Assembly: GCA_034717975.1 (NCBI GenBank)
Contig: JAYEMF010000034.1
Coordinates: forward strand, 1 to 20,698
From: Campylobacterota bacterium
Lineage (GTDB): Bacteria > Campylobacterota > Campylobacteria > Campylobacterales > Sulfurimonadaceae
Length of the DNA: 20,698 nucleotides
Direction of reading: 5' to 3'
The position numbers were made by a program, and so were the translations under genes. This document shows positions 1-8,236 of the stretch, in pieces. The notes under the pieces were generated by a model. The model was not told the origin of the DNA. It saw only the letters and a program-made list of their open reading frames with translations, and did no database searches. Position 1 is the first letter of the stretch. Each line of letters begins with the position of its first letter.

Positions 1-123
1 TGTAGCATCCCATCGTTTATGTGTTACATCTACACCCCGTTTGGCAAGCACACCAATTTTGACAGTTTCTGCATGAGTTACCAATAGTAATGATGAGAAT
101 AAAATAAGGAAAATTAATCTCAT
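1..123 (-). CDS. 5' part of an exported PhnD/SsuA-type substrate-binding-domain protein, possibly a TtrS-like sensor kinase; runs off the window edge
   Basis: Not in the ORF track. Manual translation from ATG at 123 gives MRLIFLILFSSLLLVTHAETVKIGVLAKRGVDVTHKRWDAT, a signal peptide followed by an IGVLAxRG...W motif typical of phosphonate-binding-like sensor domains. AAAAGG RBS upstream. Confidence 0.65.
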   Translation of the reverse strand, partial: MRLIFLILFSSLLLVTHAETVKIGVLAKRGVDVTHKRWDAT

Positions 124-139
124 GCTTAGCCTTTTATCC

Positions 140-148
140 ATTATAACA
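140..148 (-). promoter_or_regulatory. extended -10 promoter (TGTTATAAT) for the leftward gene
   Basis: Reverse complement of attataaca is a perfect TGnTATAAT, ending 16 nt upstream of the ATG at 123. Confidence 0.6.
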
Positions 149-155
149 CTGTTTT

Positions 156-164
156 TGTTAAAAT
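156..164 (+). promoter_or_regulatory. extended -10 promoter (TGTTAAAAT) for the methyltransferase operon
   Basis: TGnTAAAAT, followed by a GGAG RBS and GTG start at 193. Confidence 0.55.
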
Positions 165-192
165 GGTGCTCTAAAACAAGCTGGAGCCGTCT

Positions 193-759
193 GTGATTGA
201 AGATAAAGTACGATGGAATCAAAAGTATAAGTCATGCGCTATGCCGGGGTATGTAGCCCCTGTTGTAAAAAACTACCTGAAGTATGCCAATGTCGGTAGG
301 GCTCTGGATATCGCCTGTGGAACGGGGAGGCATACGAACTATCTTGCTGAGCATGGTTACAGTGTTGATGCTGTCGATATTTCCGATTATGCACTTTCAC
401 AGATCCCTTTTTCTGATAAGATTAGAACGATCGAAGCAGATTTGGATGGGTATGAGATCCCGAAAGAGAGTTATGACCTGATCATCAACTGTAATTTTTT
501 GGAGCGTAATCATTTTCCTATGATGATAGAAGCTTTGAAACCTGCTGGCTTATTGATCTTTGAGACCTTTCTTGAGGCTGAGGGTGAAGGATTCCATCAA
601 CCGAGCAATCCGGATTTTTTACTCAAACACAATGAGCTGCTTCATGCTTTTGAGTCACTGGAAATAATCCATTATGAAGAGCATGAGTCGGTCAACCATT
701 GTAATGAACGTGTCAATATCGCTTCATTGGTAGCACGTAAAGGAGTATTAAATGCCTAA
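193..759 (+). CDS. class I SAM-dependent methyltransferase (TehB-like)
   Basis: Motif I ALDIACGTGR, VDAVDIS, YDLI, LKPAGLLI; N-terminal WNQKY; GTG start with GGAG RBS. Confidence 0.85.
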   Translation: MIEDKVRWNQKYKSCAMPGYVAPVVKNYLKYANVGRALDIACGTGRHTNYLAEHGYSVDAVDISDYALSQIPFSDKIRTIEADLDGYEIPKESYDLIINCNFLERNHFPMMIEALKPAGLLIFETFLEAEGEGFHQPSNPDFLLKHNELLHAFESLEIIHYEEHESVNHCNERVNIASLVARKGVLNA

Positions 760-1321
760 TGTCTATGATAGCCGGAGTGATCTTGAAAAGATGGTCGATG
801 CCTATGTGCATGATCTGCAGGTGGCAACAGGTGAAAAAAATCCGATCCGTCGCCAGGCATTGGAGGCAGATGTCAACTATGCGCTGCAGGTGACAGAACC
901 CTTTAAAGAGCGGTATGCCCTTGCGCATAAACATGATATCTTCGCCATTGATGATGATTATGATAAAGCTATGGAAAAATTAAACAGTGCTGTCGATACA
1001 TTGGAGAAGTTTGGCGTAGAAGTGCTAATGCCATCAGTGTTTGAAAACCCTCACCTTATTGAGGCAGAGTGTATCATGGCGCTAATTGATACCCTTCGTT
1101 CATTGAATGCTTTTGAAGCCGCTGCAGCGGAAAAATTTATCGCCGAAGTGCTCATCCAGTTTTTTGGAAAAAAATCGACGAAAAATGGCCTGACCCGCGG
1201 GATAGGAAGATTTTTGAACCTCTATGTGCATGATGGTATTTCCGATCATGTACTCGATAAGATGACTTTTGAAGAGAGCTACCTGGAAGCTTATCTGAAG
1301 TCGATCCAGAGAGAGTCATAA
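752..1321 (+). CDS. hypothetical protein (189 aa, probably helical)
   Basis: AAGGAG RBS; overlaps the upstream stop; TAATG coupling to the next gene; no motif recognised. Confidence 0.75.
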   Translation: MPNVYDSRSDLEKMVDAYVHDLQVATGEKNPIRRQALEADVNYALQVTEPFKERYALAHKHDIFAIDDDYDKAMEKLNSAVDTLEKFGVEVLMPSVFENPHLIEAECIMALIDTLRSLNAFEAAAAEKFIAEVLIQFFGKKSTKNGLTRGIGRFLNLYVHDGISDHVLDKMTFEESYLEAYLKSIQRES

Positions 1322-1698
1322 TGGAGCAGGAACTCGAATCTGCGCAGAAGTTCTATCATCTGATTATCGAATTTTTTGTGAACTACAGTTTTCAGGTCGT
1401 TGGTGCACTGATTATCATCTTTTTGGGATGGATCGTCTCCCGATGGGCTTACAAAGCGATAGTCCGACAGTTCCAGAAGCACTCATTGGACGTGACGTTA
1501 GGGCAGTTTACAGGCAATTTTGTAGAAGCTTTTGGTGACTCTTCAATCAATATTGGCATACGTTATTGGGCTCCGACAAAAAAATATTTTCAGACACAGT
1601 ATCAGATCAACCTGGCTATCTACCAAGCTATCCGATCTGCCGGTATCACCATTCCCTATCCGCAGCGTGATGTCCGTATGATCGCGGCAGGGCAGTAG
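1321..1698 (+). pseudogene. MscS-family mechanosensitive channel with a large in-frame internal deletion (pseudogene or mini-protein)
   Basis: MscS-like TM1 region (GALIIIFLGWIVSRW...LDVTLGQF) is joined directly to the MscS C-terminal domain (FGDSSINIGIRYW...GITIPYPQRDV). Only 125 aa versus about 270-290 aa typical. Confidence 0.75.
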
Positions 1699-1706
1699 AA
1701 CCTACA

Positions 1707-2366
1707 ATGCCGGAAGAGACAAAGAGCCGTTTATGGAAACTTTCTGAAGGTAAGATCCTCATTGTCGGAACAGGAATGGTTGCCCTGTTTACACTCTTCC
1801 TGCTCTTTAGCTGGCTCTTTTTTCCGGATACCTATCAGGCCTATACCGCCATTACTGTCAGTCATTTCTTTTTTGGCCGTGCTGCGGGGATTTCGGTTGG
1901 CTTCGCCGCCGGTCTTTCATCATTTACTGTTGTCATTATCAACTTTTTCATTGAACTGCTTATGGTGTTGATTGTCTATTCTCTCTTTATTCTGAGCTGG
2001 AATAGACTGCTCAATATCGGAAAATTTGGAACATGGATCGAAAAGAGCCATCAAAGTGCACAGAAATATCGTCCGGTAATTGAAAAATACGGGGTATATG
2101 GGCTCTTTCTATTTGTCTGGTTTCCTTTCTGGATGACGGGGCCAGCAGTTGGAAGTATTATAGGGTATTTGATGGAGCTTCGGCACCGTACAACGTTAAG
2201 TACAGTGTTGATCGGAACGCTGATCGCAAACATTTGCTGGGCATGGTTCTTGCAATTTTTGCAAGGATGGGCAGCATCGATCGATCCGCGAGCACCGTGG
2301 CTGATCGCAATAGTTATTGTTATGTTGGTGATTGTCGGTTTTTTTATACGCAGGTTTTCAAGATAA
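1707..2366 (+). CDS. small multi-drug export family membrane protein (PF06695-like)
   Basis: About 6 hydrophobic segments; KYGVYGLFLFVWFPFWMTGPAVG matches the family motif. Confidence 0.75.
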   Translation: MPEETKSRLWKLSEGKILIVGTGMVALFTLFLLFSWLFFPDTYQAYTAITVSHFFFGRAAGISVGFAAGLSSFTVVIINFFIELLMVLIVYSLFILSWNRLLNIGKFGTWIEKSHQSAQKYRPVIEKYGVYGLFLFVWFPFWMTGPAVGSIIGYLMELRHRTTLSTVLIGTLIANICWAWFLQFLQGWAASIDPRAPWLIAIVIVMLVIVGFFIRRFSR

Positions 2367-2395
2367 ACTAGCTAAATCAAGGCTACAATACCACT

Positions 2396-4126
2396 ATGAA
2401 AATAGATAAGCGATTCTTACCTGCAACACGCGAAGAGATGGATGCCCGTGGCTGGGAGCAATGTGATGTTATTCTAGTCAGCGGCGATGCTTACATTGAC
2501 TCCCCTTTTATCGGTGTTGCGGTAGTGGGGCGTATGCTCGAAAAACTGGGCTATCGTGTCGGGATGATCGGCCAGCCTGATATTGAGAGCGATAAAGATA
2601 TCGGCCGTCTGGGTGAGCCAAGACTATTTTGGGGCGTGAGCGGCGGAAGTATTGATTCGATGGTCTCAAACTACACGGCGACCAAAAAGTTCAGAAACAG
2701 TGATGATTATACTCCGGGTGGAAAAAACAACAAACGTCCTGACAGGGCGGTGCTTGTCTACTCCAACCTGATCCGCCGCTTCTTTAAAGATACTGTTCCG
2801 ATTGTCTTAGGCGGTATTGAAGCGAGTCTTCGACGTGTGACGCACTACGACTATTGGTCCAACAAACTCAGAAAACCGATTCTTTTTGATTCTAAAGCCG
2901 ATATCCTTGTCTACGGTATGGGCGAGATCGCGCTGGAACAGTTGACCAAAGCGCTTGATGAGGGGCGTGATTATCGGGATATCCGGGGTATCTGTTATAT
3001 CTCCAAAGAGCCTGTTGAACATTACCACCAGTTACCATCGCATGCCGAGTGCCTCAGAGATAAAGAGAAGTACATCGATCTCTTTGACTTCTTTTATGAC
3101 AATAACGACCCTATCTCGGCTAACGGTCTTTGTCAGATGGTCGATACACGTTATGCTATTCAGAATGCACCGTGCGACTATCTGGACGAGTCAGAGATGG
3201 ATGCGGTTTCATCACTGCCGTTTACCCGTGAACTTCATCCCTATTATGCTGCAGCAGGAACAGTGAAATGTCTTGAGACCATCAAGTTCTCCATCATGAC
3301 CCATCAGGGCTGCTGGGGCGAGTGTAACTTCTGTGCGATCGGTGTGCATCAGGGCCGGACGATCCGCACCCGTTCTGAAAATTCCGTTATTCAAGAAGCC
3401 AAAGATTTTACGGAATATAAGGATTTCAAAGGAATTATCTCCGATGTCGGTGGCCCGACGGCCAATATGTACGGCTATGAGTGCGATAAAAAACTGAAAA
3501 AAGGGACCTGTGACCATATACGCTGTGTCGATGCAGAGCGCCTCTGCAAGGTGATGCATGTTGATCATGGCCGTAACATCGAGTTACTGCGAAAGGTCCG
3601 GGAAGTCCCCGGTGTGCGTAAGGCATTTGTAGCATCCGGTGTCCGATATGACCTTATCAGTGCCGATAAAAAACATGGCTATTCCTACCTTAAAGAGCTG
3701 GTTAAACATCATATATCCGGTCAGATGAAAGTGGCTCCTGAACACACTGAACAGCATGTCCTTGAGTTGATGGGCAAACCTGGCAAGGAGACATTGGTCG
3801 AATTCAAGAAGATGTATGACCGCCTTAACCGTGAAGAGGGAAAAAAGCAGTTTCTAACCTACTATCTGATCGCTGCGCATCCGGGATGTGAAGAGAGGGA
3901 TATGGAAGAGCTGAAGCGTTTTACAAGAGATGAGCTGAAGATGAACCCCGAACAGGCACAGGTCTTTACACCTACACCGGGAACGTACTCCTCTGTCATG
4001 TACTATACTGAAATTGATCCTAAGACACGTAAAAAAATCTTTGTCGAAAAAGACACACGACGTAAAGAGAAGCAAAAAGAGATCGTTGTGAAGAAGCAGA
4101 AGTTTAAACGGGATTTTGCCAGCTGA
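2396..4126 (+). CDS. ygiQ: YgiQ/UPF0313 family radical SAM protein
   Basis: FLPATREEM, GDAYIDSP, GGIEASLRR, CxxxCxxC (CWGECNFC), SDVGGPTANMYG, ASGVRYDL, KVAPEH, AAHPG. Confidence 0.93.
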   Translation: MKIDKRFLPATREEMDARGWEQCDVILVSGDAYIDSPFIGVAVVGRMLEKLGYRVGMIGQPDIESDKDIGRLGEPRLFWGVSGGSIDSMVSNYTATKKFRNSDDYTPGGKNNKRPDRAVLVYSNLIRRFFKDTVPIVLGGIEASLRRVTHYDYWSNKLRKPILFDSKADILVYGMGEIALEQLTKALDEGRDYRDIRGICYISKEPVEHYHQLPSHAECLRDKEKYIDLFDFFYDNNDPISANGLCQMVDTRYAIQNAPCDYLDESEMDAVSSLPFTRELHPYYAAAGTVKCLETIKFSIMTHQGCWGECNFCAIGVHQGRTIRTRSENSVIQEAKDFTEYKDFKGIISDVGGPTANMYGYECDKKLKKGTCDHIRCVDAERLCKVMHVDHGRNIELLRKVREVPGVRKAFVASGVRYDLISADKKHGYSYLKELVKHHISGQMKVAPEHTEQHVLELMGKPGKETLVEFKKMYDRLNREEGKKQFLTYYLIAAHPGCEERDMEELKRFTRDELKMNPEQAQVFTPTPGTYSSVMYYTEIDPKTRKKIFVEKDTRRKEKQKEIVVKKQKFKRDFAS

Positions 4127-4218
4127 CGTTTTTTCCGGCGTATCGACGGGTTTTTTATACGCAAACTAACATTTTTATGTTACCCTTGTTTTAAGAATTT
4201 GATAATACGAGGTCTCAC

Positions 4219-6246
4219 ATGTTATTACGTCTTCTACCTTTAAGTTTAATTGCCCTCTCTTTCCTCTCCTTGCACGCTGTTGAGGAGAACCTTCCAGAAG
4301 CTGATGTTGCTCCGACTGCTGTTGAAGCGTCTGAGTCAGTAATAGAACAGGTCGATACCACCGGGATGTCTAAACATGTAGTCATCGCCGGTACATTTAA
4401 GATGCAAGAAAAATCTGATTCTCAGCTGGTTGTCCTTGTTAGGGCGTTGAATGCGAAACCTGAAATTGTTGCTCTAAAGCAGTCGTATGGATTTGACTAT
4501 GTCAGTCGAGCATCGGGAGATTACTTTGTTGTCGCGATTGAACCTATATATGGTCAAGAGACGGTTCAGAAAATTCTTCTCGCAACACGAGAGGTGTTTG
4601 CAGATGCGTATGAGTATGTACGTCCCAAGAAGAAGACTATTGCTCCGGTACTGAAAGTGGATAGTGCGGCTGAAGAAGCTGCACCGGTTGAAGCGGAAGT
4701 TACCGCACCTGCATCAGCTGTTGCTGAAGTTGAACCTGCAGCGGTTATTGAAGAGCCGGTTGCTGAGCCGGAAGCTATGGAACCTCCGGTAGCTGAGGAA
4801 AAAGCTGCTGCCCCAGAGCCGGTACCTCTACCTGTTTCAATACCCGAACCTGTCAAAAAACCTGCAGCTCAACCCTTCACAGAACCTTTGCCAGCAGGAG
4901 CAGAACCAGGTATCTCCGATATGTTGATCTACGGTGGGGCTGCTGTTGTGATCTTGCTGCTTGTCGTCATCATGATGATACGTGGTAAAAAAGAGAAACG
5001 TACAGAGATACAAGCAATTGAAATCGAAGAAAAAACAGCAGAAGAAGAGACCCCCCCTCCTGTTGAAGAAGTCCCAGAAGCAACGGAACCGGCAGTCACT
5101 CCGGTTATGGAAGAAACTGCTACCGAGGTTGTTGAAGAAAAACCGCTAGAAGTGCCTGCTGAGCCGGAAGTCACTGAGCCGACAGTTGAAGTCGTTGAGG
5201 AGGCTGAACCTGCCGAAGAGCAGGTTGAACCGGTAGTGGAAGAAGTTCCGGAAGAGCCAATCCCGGCAGCTGTTGAGGAAGTAGCTGTTGAAACGGCTGA
5301 ACCGCTGATCGAAGAAGTGGTCGAAGAAGCGGTTCCGGCGCCTGTAGAAGAAGTGACAATCGAAACTGCTGCACCAGTGACAGAAGAGGCTCCGGCAGTC
5401 GCAGCCGCTGCACCGACAGAAGCTGCCGGTCGTAAAAAACGTGAACCTAAAGCAGATCGTGGAAAGATACATAAAGAGGATATGGCTGAATTCAGTGGCA
5501 ATCGCATCTTGATCGCCGAAGACAATCTTATCAATCAAAAAGTACTTATGGCACTACTGGCCAGTTCAGGGATGGAGCTTGTCGTTGCCAATGATGGCCA
5601 GGAAGCAGTTGATGCACTTGCCGCCGATAGCAATTTCCAGATGATTCTGATGGATGCACACATGCCGGAAAAAGACGGTTTCGAAGCAAGCCGTGAGATT
5701 CGTGCGAACAGTGCTTATGATCATGTCCCGATTATAGCGCTGAGTGGAGATATAGGGGCGGATGATCTCCGTGCTATGGCAGAGGCCGGAATGGAAGAGC
5801 AGTTGGCAAAACCAATTCATCTTGAAGATCTTTATGATGTGATGTACTGTTACTTTGATCTAAATGTTGAAGATGAGGCTGAAGAAGAAGAGGAGGAGAT
5901 TGAACTTCTTCCCGATACCGATGAGCTCCATGCCGAAGACGGTCTTGAGATCTCTGGTGGTGATGAAGAGCTCTATAAAGAGATATTGCAGGAGTTTGTC
6001 CTGATGTATGGAAAATCTGATGAGACCCTTAACAATTTCATCGTTCATGATGATGGAGTAGGGGCCAATGCACTGCTTCTGGATGTCCACGGCATTGCGG
6101 CCAATATCGGTGCAAGCCAGCTTGCCATAATAGCTGATGAGCTCCGTGAAGCGATCCTTGAGGAGAAAGAAGCAAAATATACACCACTGTATGAAAGTTA
6201 TTGCCAGCACCTTCACAAATTGATTGCCGATATTAAAAAAATCTAA
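4219..6246 (+). CDS. membrane-anchored response-regulator-like protein: signal peptide, SPOR-like domain, Pro/Ala/Glu linker, TM helix, acidic linker, REC, HPt-like domain
   Basis: REC motifs ILIAEDN, ILMD(479)AHMP, ALSG, LAKP; HPt-like GLEISGGDEELYKEILQEF and LDVHGIAANIGA; TM helix LIYGGAAVVILLLVVIMMI followed by RGKKEKR. Confidence 0.85.
   Translation: MLLRLLPLSLIALSFLSLHAVEENLPEADVAPTAVEASESVIEQVDTTGMSKHVVIAGTFKMQEKSDSQLVVLVRALNAKPEIVALKQSYGFDYVSRASGDYFVVAIEPIYGQETVQKILLATREVFADAYEYVRPKKKTIAPVLKVDSAAEEAAPVEAEVTAPASAVAEVEPAAVIEEPVAEPEAMEPPVAEEKAAAPEPVPLPVSIPEPVKKPAAQPFTEPLPAGAEPGISDMLIYGGAAVVILLLVVIMMIRGKKEKRTEIQAIEIEEKTAEEETPPPVEEVPEATEPAVTPVMEETATEVVEEKPLEVPAEPEVTEPTVEVVEEAEPAEEQVEPVVEEVPEEPIPAAVEEVAVETAEPLIEEVVEEAVPAPVEEVTIETAAPVTEEAPAVAAAAPTEAAGRKKREPKADRGKIHKEDMAEFSGNRILIAEDNLINQKVLMALLASSGMELVVANDGQEAVDALAADSNFQMILMDAHMPEKDGFEASREIRANSAYDHVPIIALSGDIGADDLRAMAEAGMEEQLAKPIHLEDLYDVMYCYFDLNVEDEAEEEEEEIELLPDTDELHAEDGLEISGGDEELYKEILQEFVLMYGKSDETLNNFIVHDDGVGANALLLDVHGIAANIGASQLAIIADELREAILEEKEAKYTPLYESYCQHLHKLIADIKKI
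5251..5388 (+). repeat. imperfect 72-bp (24-aa) tandem repeat in the acidic linker
   Basis: EEPIPAAVEEVAVETAEPLIEEVV followed by EEAVPAPVEEVTIETAAPVTEE. Confidence 0.55.
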
Positions 6247-6262
6247 CATAGTCTGAATTTGG

Positions 6263-6844
6263 ATGGTTATCTATATCCACGGCTTTGGCGGAAGCGGAGA
6301 GGGTGTTAAAGCTTCTCTTTTTAAAACGGCACTCTTTAAAGAGCCTGTTTTGGCTCCCTCCCTCTCTTATGTTCCTGGGTTAGCCATGACAACACTCTCA
6401 GAATTGATTGAGACATTACAAATATCATCCGATCCTGCAATTAACAACATCCGTTTGATCGGCTCATCACTGGGTGGGTATTATGCGCTCTACCTCTCCC
6501 AAATGTACAATCTCAAAGCAGTTTTGCTCAACCCTGCTGTTTATCCTTTTCATAGCCTTGAGAGATTACTTGGAATGGCACCCAATTTTTACGACCAGAG
6601 CCATTTTGAGTGGAATCAGGCACATCTTGAGATGTTGAAAAAGTACGAAGTAGAGCGACTTGTGTCTCCTGAAAATATTTTTCTGTTATTGCAACAAGGA
6701 GATGAAGTACTTGACTATCGTGAAGCGCATAGGAAGTTAAAGGGTGTCAGGTCAATCGTTCAGGAGGGCGGCAGCCACAGTTTTGAGACGATTGACCAGC
6801 TCATTCCGGAGATCGGGTCATTTTTAGGGGCGGAATTGGCATGA
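6263..6844 (+). CDS. YqiA/YcfP (UPF0227) family alpha/beta hydrolase, esterase
   Basis: IYIHGF, nucleophile motif GSSLGG, LLNPA, GDEVLDY, EGGSHSF. Confidence 0.9.
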   Translation: MVIYIHGFGGSGEGVKASLFKTALFKEPVLAPSLSYVPGLAMTTLSELIETLQISSDPAINNIRLIGSSLGGYYALYLSQMYNLKAVLLNPAVYPFHSLERLLGMAPNFYDQSHFEWNQAHLEMLKKYEVERLVSPENIFLLLQQGDEVLDYREAHRKLKGVRSIVQEGGSHSFETIDQLIPEIGSFLGAELA

Positions 6845-7257
6845 TGGTACAAAAGAGCATCCGGCTTGGACGTTACAGGCGTGGTTTTCATCTTATTACG
6901 GATGAGATCATAGAACAGCTGCCTGAACTTTCCAGTATCAAAACAGGCATAGCCCATCTCTTTATAAAACATACCAGCGCTAGCCTGACGATCAATGAAA
7001 ATGCCGATCCATCAGTTCGAACCGATATGGAAAACTTCTTCTGCGATCTCGCAGACGGTAAACAGTACTATATCCATACCTATGAAGGCGATGATGATAT
7101 GCCGGCACATATTAAAGGCTCGCTACTGGGTAGCTCTGTGCAGGTTCCCGTTACGAATGGGTGTTTAAACCTTGGTATATGGCAGGGGGTCTATCTGGGT
7201 GAACATCGAGATCATAGCTCAAGCCGTGAGATCGTAGTGACCCTTTGGGGAGAGTAA
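6841..7257 (+). CDS. yjbQ: YjbQ/UPF0047 family protein (secondary thiamine-phosphate synthase family)
   Basis: RGFHLIT, HTSASLTINENADPSVRTD, EGDDDMPAHIK, LGIWQGVYLGEHR; ATGA overlap with the upstream gene. Confidence 0.92.
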   Translation: MMVQKSIRLGRYRRGFHLITDEIIEQLPELSSIKTGIAHLFIKHTSASLTINENADPSVRTDMENFFCDLADGKQYYIHTYEGDDDMPAHIKGSLLGSSVQVPVTNGCLNLGIWQGVYLGEHRDHSSSREIVVTLWGE

Positions 7258-7276
7258 CCAGCTATAGTGCAACTTT

Positions 7277-8155
7277 TTATTTCCCGAAAGCAAATACTTT
7301 TCGGATAAGCTGATAGAGTAGAAAAAGAAAGATCAGCGGAAAGAAAATCGTCTGAAAGACAAATGCTATTATCAGCTGAATAATGTGTTCGCTTGCTTTT
7401 TCGGCTGCTTGCTGGTATCGGTCGATTTTCTTCTTGTAAAACTCAGATTGAAATATCTTTGTATATTCACTATATGTGCTGCTTATCAGATCCCACATAG
7501 ATTTGTTATTTTGAGACTGCTCTGCTTTATAGCTTTCAGAGCCAGGCAAAGACTCATTATTTATATCACGGACATTTTTAGAAATAATGGTGATGTTGTC
7601 ACCCAGTTCCTGAATATTGTACTCCTGCTGTACGAAATTGGTGTATGTATATTCATTGATGATTGCCATCATCGGAATGCTAAAGCGTAAAAATACGAGT
7701 ACGATCGCAAGTTTGAAAAAGAGGTCACGCGTTTGATTGTCATTCTTAAAGCGATAAAAAAGCCAGATATTGAGTATCAGCAAGGTGGCAACAAACAGAA
7801 AATCAAAGAGTGTCCCGGTAACGATATTCATTAGGATCTTCTGAATACCAAGCGAAGTCATACTGGCTAACATAATCCAGGAGAACTGCTCAACGAGATC
7901 ATTGATAGGATCGAGGACTTCGCCAATCGATACGGTTACCCCGGGCGGTCCGACCTCAGTCCCCTGTGCAAGCGATATTACGCCATTGAGTGCCTTGGCT
8001 GTACCAAAAACAACCATCGCCTGGGTAAAGGAACTATCGACGTTCTCTTTGCCTTTTTGATCAAACGGAGAGATAAAAGCCATGACAACAAGGAGAGTCG
8101 AGATTAGTACAATGATGATCTTGTTAAGGTGTTTCAGTAAAGGATTGCTATTCAT
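7277..8155 (-). CDS. hypothetical multi-pass membrane protein
   Basis: 292-aa ORF with about 5 hydrophobic helices and a polar loop; AKALNGVIS...GEVLDPINDLVEQFS looks like a conserved motif. Confidence 0.8.
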   Translation of the reverse strand: MNSNPLLKHLNKIIIVLISTLLVVMAFISPFDQKGKENVDSSFTQAMVVFGTAKALNGVISLAQGTEVGPPGVTVSIGEVLDPINDLVEQFSWIMLASMTSLGIQKILMNIVTGTLFDFLFVATLLILNIWLFYRFKNDNQTRDLFFKLAIVLVFLRFSIPMMAIINEYTYTNFVQQEYNIQELGDNITIISKNVRDINNESLPGSESYKAEQSQNNKSMWDLISSTYSEYTKIFQSEFYKKKIDRYQQAAEKASEHIIQLIIAFVFQTIFFPLIFLFLLYQLIRKVFAFGK

Positions 8156-8236
8156 AAGAGTATCTTAGCGTAAAGAAAAGAGAACATTATGAAGATGATA
8201 CGATATACTTCTGTAAAATATATTTTAGGACTATTT

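Noticed and set aside
4127..4165. Intrinsic terminator after ygiQ
   Set aside because: The GCGTAT/ATACGC stem encloses the T tract instead of preceding it, so support is weak.
4566..5538. Antisense Ser/Thr-rich ORFs (96, 201, 130 and 80 aa)
   Set aside because: Shadow frames of the Glu/Pro/Ala-rich low-complexity coding strand.
8189..8236. Longer N-terminus for the ATPase-like ORF
   Set aside because: The AGGA RBS precedes ATG 8237, and the upstream part overlaps the divergent promoter region.
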